Assembly (NCBI GenBank): GCA_964572275.1
Contig: CAZNED010000001.1
Coordinates: 87,188-151,187 of the forward strand
Reading direction: 5' to 3'
Source: an uncultured Candidatus Saccharibacteria bacterium
GTDB lineage: Bacteria; Patescibacteriota; Minisyncoccia; Minisyncoccales; UBA1441
DNA length: 64,000 bases
Part shown: piece by piece, positions 7,249-15,526 of the stretch
Numbering within the stretch: position 1 is the first letter of the stretch
How the letters are laid out: every line of letters starts with the position of its first letter
Program-made: the position numbers and the translations under genes
The notes under the pieces: generated by a model
The model's database searches: none
What the model was told of the DNA's origin: nothing
Seen by the model: only the letters and a program-made list of their open reading frames with translations

Positions 7249-10200
7249 TCAAGGAGCTACTTCTTCGTAATCTGGCAACCCGAATATGCCTGTTGTTGGC
7301 ACTGCTTTTGTTAAGTCACAATAGAGGCCAGCACTATCCGTAACGATTAATTTAACCGATCGCTGAGAAGAAGTCCCCGTGAAAATAATTGATGGATTAC
7401 GGCTTGTTGAAGTCAATGGATCTTGAACGGCACCTCCTGCTATTTTAGCTTCAGGGAAAGTCCATAACCAACTATTCGTTCCACCACCATAAACTTTAGA
7501 ATTATCAGTAAATTGAGTTTCTTCTTCTAAGACTGGCGGCTCTGGTTCCCAAGAAAAGTCAGGTTCAGGATAAGGATTAGCTAACGTTGTATAGGTTCCA
7601 CTATAAATTGACCAAGCCGAAGCCATGCCTTGATCATCTTTAACTCTAATTCTCCACCAATATTGATAGCCATAATCAAGATAATCAATTGGAACAGCAT
7701 AAGCCTCGCTACTACTATTAATCCATCCATTAGTGACATTAATGTAATTGTTAAAACCACTGTTCGTTGCAAAATGAATCTCAAAACCACTCTGATTATT
7801 CCCTTCGTCGCTAACAAATTTCCAATAAAGAGTTGGGTTTAGAGGATAATCACAAGAACGGCAATCATTCGTACAATTGTCCGGATCCATATCAAGATTC
7901 TCAGCCCGAGGAGGTATTGTTTCGGCATCAGAAACTCTGAGATCCGCTACTTGCGCCTGTGCAGCCTCGGCCAAACCGCGTTCAACAATAACTTTTGGAG
8001 TATAACTTCCCGACACACCATAAGTACAAACGTTATCTGCAGTATAAGAATCAACATTCTGATCTGTCGCTCTATGAACCCAGGCTCCACATTGAGAAAT
8101 TGCTCCCTCAATGCTTGCGCCAGTATAACTGCAATCACACCAGAAAGTGAAGCTGGCCAGACCAGTAGCTGTACTATCGGGTGAAATTGAAGCTGTTAAG
8201 TCAACGGTTAATGGAGCAGTGCCGGAAGCGGGATCAGCCGACAAAGAAACAGATAATGTTTCTACTTCAGGAACTACACCGATAGCAGTAACTTGTGTGG
8301 CTTGAGGAAATCTTCCTTGCTCAAACCAAAGATTATCAATGGTAGCATAAATGAATGATTCCGGAATTTGCACTTGCACTTCTCCAATTCCGGGAGCTAT
8401 TGCCTCAATATAATAAGAACTTCCTTCACGATAAGCCCTAAGACTTTCAGTCGTTGATACCTGAATTTGGTCCATAGTCAATGGATTAGTTGCCGCCGCC
8501 CCGATTTGAGGGGTAAAGATATTATCGGCGATAACACCCAATGATCTGGCGTTCATCTGATAAGAGGTTAAATAATTACCATCAATTGGTTTTAATTGAT
8601 TGTAATCGTTTTGAGCATTAGCAACCCATGAAATTGGAGGAGTATCCCAGGCTCCACCGGTGAAATACCATTCCCCCGTTGGTTCTCCTAATTCAATTCT
8701 CAAGATATCCCCTAAATTGATGATATCTCCCCCCACAATCCTATCTCCTGTTTCAACATTAACTAAGTAAACCGGATAATTATTAGTAAAATTAATTTTA
8801 GCACTCAGTCCAATGTGTGATGCAAATACTCTTATGCCACTTCGGAATGTTGAGTCATAGATTGCATGGCAAGGATTATTTGGACCCTTTGAACGCCTAT
8901 TATTGCAAATAGCCGTCCGGCTATCCAATACTCCGATATTCTTCTGAGAAGCCGCACCTGTGCTGACTGTCACTGTTCCGCTTCTGACTGGACCGGCTTG
9001 GAATCTCGGAGTCGTTGATAGTCGCATAGTTTCGGCCCAACTGCCTAACTGCGAGAAGATACGATCAATATAGCTTTGTTGCGAACCAGCTTGCGTCATT
9101 AAAGGAATTAGCAATCCGATTCCCAGCACAAATGCCATACTTGCTACTTGCGATTTCTTACTCATGTTTCCACGACGCTTAAAAAGCAACCACATAATAA
9201 AAATCAATATAATTACTCCTAATAACCACAATCCTAACGTTGAACCAGTACGATGGATATATTCCACATCATACCAATTGCCTCCCGACAATATTCTAAT
9301 CTTATAGCTTTGGCCGGCAATAAAATTAACATCCCCTCTTAAATCACTGCCATAATAAGAAGGATTAAAATAAACCAATTGTTCGTCCTTATCTCGTACC
9401 TCAACAGTTAAGCGAGTATCCGTTAATCGCCCTGCCATATCGTAAGGATGAATGACCAATTGTCCGTCCTCGACGCGGACACTTAAATCTGCCATATCTG
9501 TAAAGAGATTGACATCATAGAAAAGATCTACTTGATCAATCAATTGATCATCCTGATAAAGTCGGCCCTTTAACCATACTTGATTATAATCGCGGCGGGT
9601 AGTAAATTCTGCCAATCCCGCCATGATGCCGGGAGTAATTTCTCCTTCATAATCCCATGTCTCGATTTCGTTTCCAATCTCATCTTCTAATATCACTTCT
9701 ATTCGTCCTTCATTCCCGTAAATATCATTAGTGCTATGGAAGCAAACGAAGAATGAATTGTCCTCATTCCCTTTGATCGGAAAACTATTCAAAGCTATAA
9801 AATTAAAGCGGGCCGGCGCATCCGATCCATCAACCACAAATCTTATCTTTAAAATAGATTGATCGGTGCGAGCCTCAAATAAATAGACTCCTGGTTTCAA
9901 ATCTGAGAGTTCGCGAGTCAATGGCAATAACTCTCCTGCTTTCAACGCTATTTCCTTCTCTTGGCTCAAAACTAACTGTTCTGGGCTGAGATTATCCCAT
10001 CGATATAGTTTTTCAGAAACGTTAATCGTTCGATCCTTGGCTGCCAAGCTTTTTAAATTGAAAGATAATTTAACTTGATCTTTTTCAATTACCGGAATGA
10101 ATCCTCGGGCTTGAAAAGATTGATCATCTACTTTGATATTCTCTTTGTCAAAGTATGCCTCATTAACTTCAAATTCTTCAAAAGTAAACTCACTTAATCC

Positions 10201-10731
10201 GCCATAAATACCTTCCGTAAAACTTAATCCCGACAGATTCATTTTGTCTGCGATTAAGAAATGACCAACCATGAGATAAGAACCTCCTGATAATCCAGCA
10301 GGAGCCTGCCAATCGAAACCTATTCTCTTTTCCCCTAAGGCATTAAGAGTTAGTGATTGAGCAGCCCAGAACTCATCAATCAAATAATTTCCCACATCAG
10401 TCGAACCATTTGTTTTTGTCCGGAATACTTGAATCAATAATCCTCCATTAACTAATGGGTAGTCGTTATGATTACGCAAAAGAGCGTCTACTACCATTGC
10501 TCGTCCTGGAATTAAGACACCCTGCTTCAAGCCAAGCTCAATCTCAACACTATTAAAATGATAATAATCAAAACAATTAATCCCGGACGAAGAATTCGCC
10601 TCTCCGATCGATATCTCCAACAACTCATCTCCTTCAGTAAGCGAATCTTCTGGCTGAGTTTCCGCCATAGTTAATGAGGGTGCAACCGTTAAAACCAAAA
10701 TAACGGCTAACCCGAAAATTTTTTTAAACAT
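7249..10731 (-). CDS. Giant secreted/surface protein with an internal anchor-plus-signal junction and a C-terminal FN3-like plus PKD-like module
   Basis: The track ORF is 7249..10740 (TTG start). The first ATG at 10731 gives the signal peptide MFKKIFGLAVILVLTVAPSLTMA. An in-frame junction lies at about aa 500-550 (see findings). The C-terminus resembles that of the 1915-aa protein. Confidence 0.75.
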   Translation of the reverse strand: MFKKIFGLAVILVLTVAPSLTMAETQPEDSLTEGDELLEISIGEANSSSGINCFDYYHFNSVEIELGLKQGVLIPGRAMVVDALLRNHNDYPLVNGGLLIQVFRTKTNGSTDVGNYLIDEFWAAQSLTLNALGEKRIGFDWQAPAGLSGGSYLMVGHFLIADKMNLSGLSFTEGIYGGLSEFTFEEFEVNEAYFDKENIKVDDQSFQARGFIPVIEKDQVKLSFNLKSLAAKDRTINVSEKLYRWDNLSPEQLVLSQEKEIALKAGELLPLTRELSDLKPGVYLFEARTDQSILKIRFVVDGSDAPARFNFIALNSFPIKGNEDNSFFVCFHSTNDIYGNEGRIEVILEDEIGNEIETWDYEGEITPGIMAGLAEFTTRRDYNQVWLKGRLYQDDQLIDQVDLFYDVNLFTDMADLSVRVEDGQLVIHPYDMAGRLTDTRLTVEVRDKDEQLVYFNPSYYGSDLRGDVNFIAGQSYKIRILSGGNWYDVEYIHRTGSTLGLWLLGVIILIFIMWLLFKRRGNMSKKSQVASMAFVLGIGLLIPLMTQAGSQQSYIDRIFSQLGSWAETMRLSTTPRFQAGPVRSGTVTVSTGAASQKNIGVLDSRTAICNNRRSKGPNNPCHAIYDSTFRSGIRVFASHIGLSAKINFTNNYPVYLVNVETGDRIVGGDIINLGDILRIELGEPTGEWYFTGGAWDTPPISWVANAQNDYNQLKPIDGNYLTSYQMNARSLGVIADNIFTPQIGAAATNPLTMDQIQVSTTESLRAYREGSSYYIEAIAPGIGEVQVQIPESFIYATIDNLWFEQGRFPQATQVTAIGVVPEVETLSVSLSADPASGTAPLTVDLTASISPDSTATGLASFTFWCDCSYTGASIEGAISQCGAWVHRATDQNVDSYTADNVCTYGVSGSYTPKVIVERGLAEAAQAQVADLRVSDAETIPPRAENLDMDPDNCTNDCRSCDYPLNPTLYWKFVSDEGNNQSGFEIHFATNSGFNNYINVTNGWINSSSEAYAVPIDYLDYGYQYWWRIRVKDDQGMASAWSIYSGTYTTLANPYPEPDFSWEPEPPVLEEETQFTDNSKVYGGGTNSWLWTFPEAKIAGGAVQDPLTSTSRNPSIIFTGTSSQRSVKLIVTDSAGLYCDLTKAVPTTGIFGLPDYEEVAP

Positions 10732-10817
10732 AATCAACAAAGATTATTAATAATACGCTTTAATTTTAACGTAAAAATGAAATAAAACAAGGAAAATAAA
10801 GATAAATCTGAGGTTAA

Positions 10818-11594
10818 CTATTTCGAATAATCAATTACAGAAAAAAGTTCATTACGCCTTAAAAACCCGAATAAGATGGAGCGCATTATGGGATTGATTA
10901 ACTGACTTTGATAAACTCTCAAAGCTTCTTCTTTCGTGCCCAAAGCTGTTGGAGATAGATAGAAGATGCGCCAATCTTCATGAAATACCAAATTTAAAGG
11001 AGGTAATAAATATTCATCTATTTTATTTTTACCTGAAGAATGCGGAAAACGATGAGCATGCACCAGATATTGGTAGAATCTTAATCGATATTTTCGAGCG
11101 GTCGTATCTGCTGTCTCCCCGATCACAGAATGATCTCTATGCGTATCTTGAATATGTGGAGCCATAATAATATGCGGCCTGATGCTCTGCACAATCTCTT
11201 CAAGATTATCTTGAATGTTTCCCGAACGACCGATACGTAATGACCCATCAGAATAATGCCAATATATCTGCTGTCTTTCGGGTATTCCTAGAATAGAACA
11301 GGCTTTACGAAATTCTCTAATGCGCCGGCGAACCAGACCCCTTTTATTTCCATCTGTCGCTAAAACCATCCAAACCTCCGCCCCTCGACGTAAAGCTGTA
11401 GAAATATAACCAGCCGCTGATATTGTTTCATCATCTGGATGAGGCGCTAAAAAAAGAATACGCTGACCATGTTCAGGATAATCTAATCTTCCGACTAAGC
11501 GGATGAAGGATTGAGGAATAATCTGATTATGCCAGAATAAAACTAATGCAAATAATATTAATGCCAAGAATAATAAACCAAACAGAAAAAGCAT
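10818..11594 (-). CDS. PIG-L/LmbE family deacetylase with an N-terminal TM anchor
   Basis: 258 aa with motif LAPHPDDETISAAG...TDG...H.DH. Confidence 0.8.
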   Translation of the reverse strand: MLFLFGLLFLALILFALVLFWHNQIIPQSFIRLVGRLDYPEHGQRILFLAPHPDDETISAAGYISTALRRGAEVWMVLATDGNKRGLVRRRIREFRKACSILGIPERQQIYWHYSDGSLRIGRSGNIQDNLEEIVQSIRPHIIMAPHIQDTHRDHSVIGETADTTARKYRLRFYQYLVHAHRFPHSSGKNKIDEYLLPPLNLVFHEDWRIFYLSPTALGTKEEALRVYQSQLINPIMRSILFGFLRRNELFSVIDYSK

Positions 11595-11650
11595 ATCTCT
11601 ATTATATCCGAAAAAATCAAATCTAAAAACACTTTTGTTGAATACAAAAA

Positions 11651-11673
11651 CCGGATGCTTTCGTGCTATCCGG
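11651..11673. terminator. Hairpin terminator
   Basis: CCGGAT/ATCCGG stem flanked by an A-run and a T-run. Confidence 0.55.
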
Positions 11674-11691
11674 TTTTTATTAATATTTAAT

Positions 11692-12315
11692 TTATTTTAC
11701 TCGGAAACTATCAACTACTCTTTCAAATAGTGCTTCTCCTCCCGCCCAATCTGCTGTTGGTAGATTTATGCCAACATTCCAAATATTGTCTTCTATTTCA
11801 ACAAAAATAGTAGCTGTAACTGATTGATATTCTCCCCAATTAACCTCCAATTCTATATATCGGGCTGGCAAATCTAATAAAGTCCTCTCTTCATCTTTTC
11901 TGATTGTTATACTCTCTTCACCCATTAGTTCTTTCTGTTCTTCTAAAAAAACCATTATCTCGTCTATGTACTCGTCTAATGATTGCCCATCGCGTGCATA
12001 TCTTTGAACTGTTAATTCAGTCCAAACGATCTGTTCAGACATTTCTTCCTCTGTCCCTGTGATCAAAGCGGCTGAAAAAATATCTCCCAAATCTTCATAG
12101 CCACGCCAGCCTTGCGGAAGCAAGACTTCGAAATCTCCACCATCAAAAATAGTGTCTTCAGCAACACCAACCCAAGCCTCTTCTGTTTCAACAGTTTCTT
12201 CTTCTTCTGACGGAACAATTTCTTCATCTATGTGGCTGCGATAGATAAACAAAACAGCAACCATAACAATAACTAATAAAGCGACAATACCGATAACGAT
12301 AATTTTTTTGTTCAT
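11692..12315 (-). CDS. Membrane-anchored acidic extracytoplasmic protein, unknown function
   Basis: 207 aa. N-terminal TM, an EEEE linker and an orphan domain. Confidence 0.6.
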   Translation of the reverse strand: MNKKIIVIGIVALLVIVMVAVLFIYRSHIDEEIVPSEEEETVETEEAWVGVAEDTIFDGGDFEVLLPQGWRGYEDLGDIFSAALITGTEEEMSEQIVWTELTVQRYARDGQSLDEYIDEIMVFLEEQKELMGEESITIRKDEERTLLDLPARYIELEVNWGEYQSVTATIFVEIEDNIWNVGINLPTADWAGGEALFERVVDSFRVK

Positions 12316-12418
12316 ACTAATTTAATTAAATTCTTGAATACGTTGCCAGTATAACCGATTCTTCTATGAATTCCAAGTATTATCTGAAACAAATATCAAT
12401 CCGAGTTATAATACAGAT

Positions 12419-13384
12419 ATGATTAAAACCTCTTCTGTGATTTTTTTAGTTGTTATCGGATTATTTGTCTTTCCTAATTCAACCGAATACATTCAACCGC
12501 CTATGATTGAAGAAAAGCCAGAATCGGAAATCATCCTATATTTCACTGGGGATATTATGCTTGATCGCGGGGTTGATTTTTATATACGAAAAAACGAAGA
12601 TTGGCACTGGCCATTTTTGCGAATATCTGATTTTTTGAACCAAGCTGATCTTGTTTTCGGCAATCTGGAAAGCATGATATCAGATAAAGGAGTCAATGTC
12701 GGCAGTATTTATTCTTTTCGAGCCAATCCTAATACCATAGATAGTTTGCGATTCGCTGGTTTCGATATTCTCTCAATCGCAAATAATCATAGTTTTGATT
12801 ATACTCGCATAGCCTTTGAAGATACTATGAACCGATTAAAGAATGCCGATATCGATTATATCGGAGGAGGATTCTCCGAGAATGAAGCTTATACACCTGT
12901 TATAAAAGATATTGGAGGAGCTGTTTTGGCTTTTTTAGGATACAGCAATATTGGATCTTCATTATGGAAAGCGCAGGAAGAAACTCCGGGAATTGCCTGG
13001 ATTGATATCGAATCTTTAGATAAATTCAAACAAGATATTCAATCAGCTAAAGAACAAGCTGACATTTTAATTATTTCCATTCATTTCGGAGAAGAGTATC
13101 AAGAAACTCCCAATGCCCAGCAAAGAAAATTAGCCGAATCGGCTATCGATTTCGGAGCTGATTTAGTCGTTGGTCATCATCCACATGTACTCCAACCATT
13201 AGAAAAATATAAACAAGGATGGATTGCCTATAGTTTGGGCAATTTCGTCTTTGACCAATATTTTTCCGAGAATACTATGAAATCGGCTATCTTGAAAATT
13301 ACTATTGAAGACAAAAAAATTAAAGACGTTAAGCTTATTCCCGTCGCCTTAACAGAAGAATATCAAGTCTATTTATCTGATTAA
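12419..13384 (+). CDS. CapA-family (poly-gamma-glutamate synthesis/metallophosphatase-like) protein
   Basis: 321 aa. Motifs GDIMLDRG, GNLES, SIANNHSFDY, SIHFGEEY, VGHHPHVLQP. Confidence 0.8.
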   Translation: MIKTSSVIFLVVIGLFVFPNSTEYIQPPMIEEKPESEIILYFTGDIMLDRGVDFYIRKNEDWHWPFLRISDFLNQADLVFGNLESMISDKGVNVGSIYSFRANPNTIDSLRFAGFDILSIANNHSFDYTRIAFEDTMNRLKNADIDYIGGGFSENEAYTPVIKDIGGAVLAFLGYSNIGSSLWKAQEETPGIAWIDIESLDKFKQDIQSAKEQADILIISIHFGEEYQETPNAQQRKLAESAIDFGADLVVGHHPHVLQPLEKYKQGWIAYSLGNFVFDQYFSENTMKSAILKITIEDKKIKDVKLIPVALTEEYQVYLSD

Positions 13385-13394
13385 AACTAACCCT

Positions 13395-14069
13395 TTAACT
13401 TAAAGGTAAAGTTGGCATTGAATTTTCAGATTTGCGACCCCAAGCTGCTATACCTAGAAAAACATAAAAAACTATTACACCGACTCCTGGAAGCAAAGAA
13501 GTCAAAGCCCACCATTCCGGACAACCTATTCGAGAGAATATCTTCAAGTGCCAAAAGAAGATAAAAACCGATAAAGTTGTCATCGCTAGAATATTAATTA
13601 TCGGGATCGGTAAAGTTAGGATCAGTAGCATGGGCCACCAATGCTTCTGGGCCGTTTTGCTTATCAAATAGAGATTTACGATCGGAATCCAGGCCAGCCA
13701 AGCAGGCTTTACTCCCAGTTTCTTCGCCAATTTCATGTAAACCAGGGAAGTATAGACATATACACCAATCAAAATGATTAATATTAAGGGTATCAGAAAT
13801 ACCATTAAGATGATTAAACCAGAGACAAATTCTTCTAATTTCTCAGAATCAATATAAATATTTTGTTCTCCATTTAAATCAGGCGAAGAAACATCAATTA
13901 TTCCCGACAAAGACTCTCCTTCTAAAATATTTTCATCGGAATTTGCTACCTCCGCCGCAGTATTAATATCATCATTCAATGGCAATTCCGCGGACACAGA
14001 CAGGGTCGCTATGATAATCCCAGATATGATTAAAGCGAGAGCCGTTAGTTTTAAAAAATATTTTTTCAT
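13395..14069 (-). CDS. Multi-pass membrane protein with signal peptide, unknown function
   Basis: 224 aa. Signal peptide followed by 4-5 hydrophobic spans. Confidence 0.6.
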   Translation of the reverse strand: MKKYFLKLTALALIISGIIIATLSVSAELPLNDDINTAAEVANSDENILEGESLSGIIDVSSPDLNGEQNIYIDSEKLEEFVSGLIILMVFLIPLILIILIGVYVYTSLVYMKLAKKLGVKPAWLAWIPIVNLYLISKTAQKHWWPMLLILTLPIPIINILAMTTLSVFIFFWHLKIFSRIGCPEWWALTSLLPGVGVIVFYVFLGIAAWGRKSENSMPTLPLS

Positions 14070-14135
14070 GAAACCAAAAAATAATTACGATTTGATTATA
14101 ACATAATCAGTTTTTATTTACATTAAACTATAGAC

Positions 14136-14164
14136 TTGTTGATTTTCGATAATTTATATATAAT
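14136..14164 (+). promoter_or_regulatory. Promoter of structured RNA R0
   Basis: TTGTTG (14136-14141), a 17-nt spacer, then TATAAT (14159-14164). Confidence 0.6.
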
Positions 14165-14170
14165 GAATAT

Positions 14171-14395
14171 TAGCAGTACCCGGAGGGAGCATTTCCCCTT
14201 CAAGTTTGTACGCTTCGGACGGGATGTCTTCTCGTTCGGCGTGTTCCCCCCTCCGGCAGGTATCCTGGAGAAAGGACGTGCGTTTCCTGACCGTAGAGAG
14301 GTCCGGTTTGGCACACACCCGTGCCTCGCACCTAAAGGGAGCGCACTCCTTCTCCATGATCATATGGTCCTCGCAAAGGGTAGCGAGGACTTTTG
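14171..14395 (+). ncRNA. GC-rich structured RNA of about 225 nt (R0), family unknown
   Basis: Helix CCGGAGGG (14180-14187) pairs with CCCTCCGG (14249-14256). A 15-bp helix pairs GGAGAAAGGACGTGCGT (14267-14283) with GCGCACTCCTTCTCC (14341-14355). Inner hairpin GGCAC/GTGCC (14310-14325). Terminator GTCCTCGC-AAAGGGTA-GCGAGGAC (14367-14390) followed by TTTT. No credible ORF. Confidence 0.6.
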
Positions 14396-14406
14396 CAATA
14401 TTTCTC

Positions 14407-14435
14407 TTGACATTCTGTCAATAATGCGCTAGATT
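14407..14435 (+). promoter_or_regulatory. Promoter of sRNA-1
   Basis: TTGACA (14407-14412), a 17-nt spacer containing TGACA-N3-TGTCA, then TAGATT (14430-14435). Confidence 0.6.
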
Positions 14436-14441
14436 ATGAGT

Positions 14442-14559
14442 GAGGAAGGGAGAGCGTGCTCAGTCGTTGGTTGCTAGGTGACGTGAAGTATCGTTGAGCA
14501 CGCTCTCTTCCTCCAGTGTATGGGACTCTCGCATGGTGTGTGCGAGAGTTTCTCTTTTT
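14442..14559 (+). ncRNA. Small RNA sRNA-1 (about 118 nt): long 5' hairpin plus terminator
   Basis: Stem of about 20 bp: GAGGAAGGGAGAGCGTGCTCA (14442-14462) with TGAGCACGCTCTCTTCCTC (14495-14513). The loop carries GGTGACGTG (14477-14485). Terminator ACTCTCGCA-TGGTGTG-TGCGAGAGT (14525-14549) plus a T-run. Confidence 0.7.
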
Positions 14560-14584
14560 ATAAACTATTCGGCCTTGAATGCCA

Positions 14585-14613
14585 TTGACTTTTGAGGTTA
14601 TTATGTCAGGATT
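14585..14613 (+). promoter_or_regulatory. Promoter of sRNA-2
   Basis: TTGACT (14585-14590), a 17-nt spacer, then AGGATT (14608-14613). The block TATGTCAGGATTAAT nearly matches the one at 2366-2380. Confidence 0.6.
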
Positions 14614-14619
14614 AATCAG

Positions 14620-14753
14620 AATGAGGCCGGGGAGGAGGAAGAGCATCACCTCCTATGTTCGGTGACGTCGCTGTTCCCGCTTGTGTACCTCCTCCCCCTG
14701 CCTCTTGCTCTGTGATCCCTTGCGCATGGTGTTTATGTGCAGGGGTTCTTTTT
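14620..14753 (+). ncRNA. Small RNA sRNA-2 (about 134 nt), paralog of sRNA-1
   Basis: Stem GGGGAGGAGG (14629-14638) with CCTCCTCCCC (14688-14697) plus 3 outer bp. The loop carries GGTGACGT (14661-14668) and ATCACCTCCT (14645-14654). Terminator CCCTTGCGCA/TGTGCAGGGG (14717-14745) plus a T-run. The tail TTTTTATAAAC is identical to that of sRNA-1. Confidence 0.7.
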
Positions 14754-14767
14754 ATAAACACAAAAAA

Positions 14768-14792
14768 AGACGGAATTGCACACCTTCCGTCT
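14768..14792. terminator. Bidirectional terminator (RRM gene / sRNA cluster)
   Basis: AGACGGAA/TTCCGTCT stem flanked by an A-run and a T-run. Confidence 0.7.
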
Positions 14793-14807
14793 TTTTGTTC
14801 TTACGAA

Positions 14808-15077
14808 TTAATAGCGACGATCGTCGCGGGGTTTGGGAGGCTTTGCTTCGCTGACAGCGATAGTGCGGCTACCCAATTGGTGACCATCCAGTTCAGCGAT
14901 TGCCTTTGCGGCATCTTCCTCATTCTTGTAGGTCACGAATCCGAAACCTTTGGAACGACCTGCGTGATCAGTAATGATGATTGCTTCTTCTACTTCACCT
15001 AATCCAGCGAAGAGAGATTTCAATTCATCTTCTGTCGTGTTCCAATCAAGGCTTCCGATAAAAAGCTTTTTTGGCAT
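14808..15077 (-). CDS. RRM-type RNA-binding protein (89 aa)
   Basis: RNP2 KLFIGSL and RNP1 KGFGFVTY. Single RRM domain. Confidence 0.9.
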   Translation of the reverse strand: MPKKLFIGSLDWNTTEDELKSLFAGLGEVEEAIIITDHAGRSKGFGFVTYKNEEDAAKAIAELDGHQLGSRTIAVSEAKPPKPRDDRRY

Positions 15078-15209
15078 ATATTTAATTAACTAATAGATTG
15101 TAACGCTAACCCCGTATTCCGATACGTCGTAGAACTAATTGTGCGCATTCTTTCTACTTTCTCTGAAAAACGAAGCTACCTGTCTAGTATGATATATCTC
15201 CTGGAAAAG

Positions 15210-15461
15210 TCAAGGCAGAATTTCTTCGCTCTCTTCGCTGATCACTTCTTCTGTTTCTTCTTCAACACAAGGTTCTTCCCATACTCTTAAACATTTCTGC
15301 TTTGGTTCACACCAGCTGTATCCTGCGGCAATCAAACAACCATGTTCATCTGTGTCACCACCGATGATCTGTTCTTCTTCTTGGTTATTATTAGCCAGGA
15401 TCAGCCATAACCCGACAATTACGATAACTATAACAATAATAGCTATTATTATTTTTTTCAT
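15210..15461 (-). CDS. Small membrane-anchored Cys-containing extracytoplasmic protein
   Basis: 83 aa. N-terminal TM, then DEHGCLIAAGYSWCEPKQKCLRVWEEPC and an acidic tail. Confidence 0.6.
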   Translation of the reverse strand: MKKIIIAIIVIVIVIVGLWLILANNNQEEEQIIGGDTDEHGCLIAAGYSWCEPKQKCLRVWEEPCVEEETEEVISEESEEILP

Positions 15462-15526
15462 ATTAATATTATAACTTACTCTCGCACTTTACTCCTGACT
15501 TTTAAAAAAATCAAGCAAATGTTCAA

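Noticed and set aside
7581-8184. Short antisense or alternate-frame ORFs inside the giant genes and gyrA (for example 7581-7817, 7947-8138, 35616-37976, 45483-46715, 49212-50875 and 53147-57439)
   Set aside because: They are fully nested in long, well-supported ORFs, have no initiation signals, and are of low complexity.
14123-15002. Track ORFs 14123-14314, 14136-14432, 14154-14363, 14206-14424, 14434-14649 and 14655-15002
   Set aside because: All of them cross promoter and terminator elements of the R0/sRNA units or run antisense into the RRM gene. None has a properly spaced SD. The region is better explained as structured RNAs.
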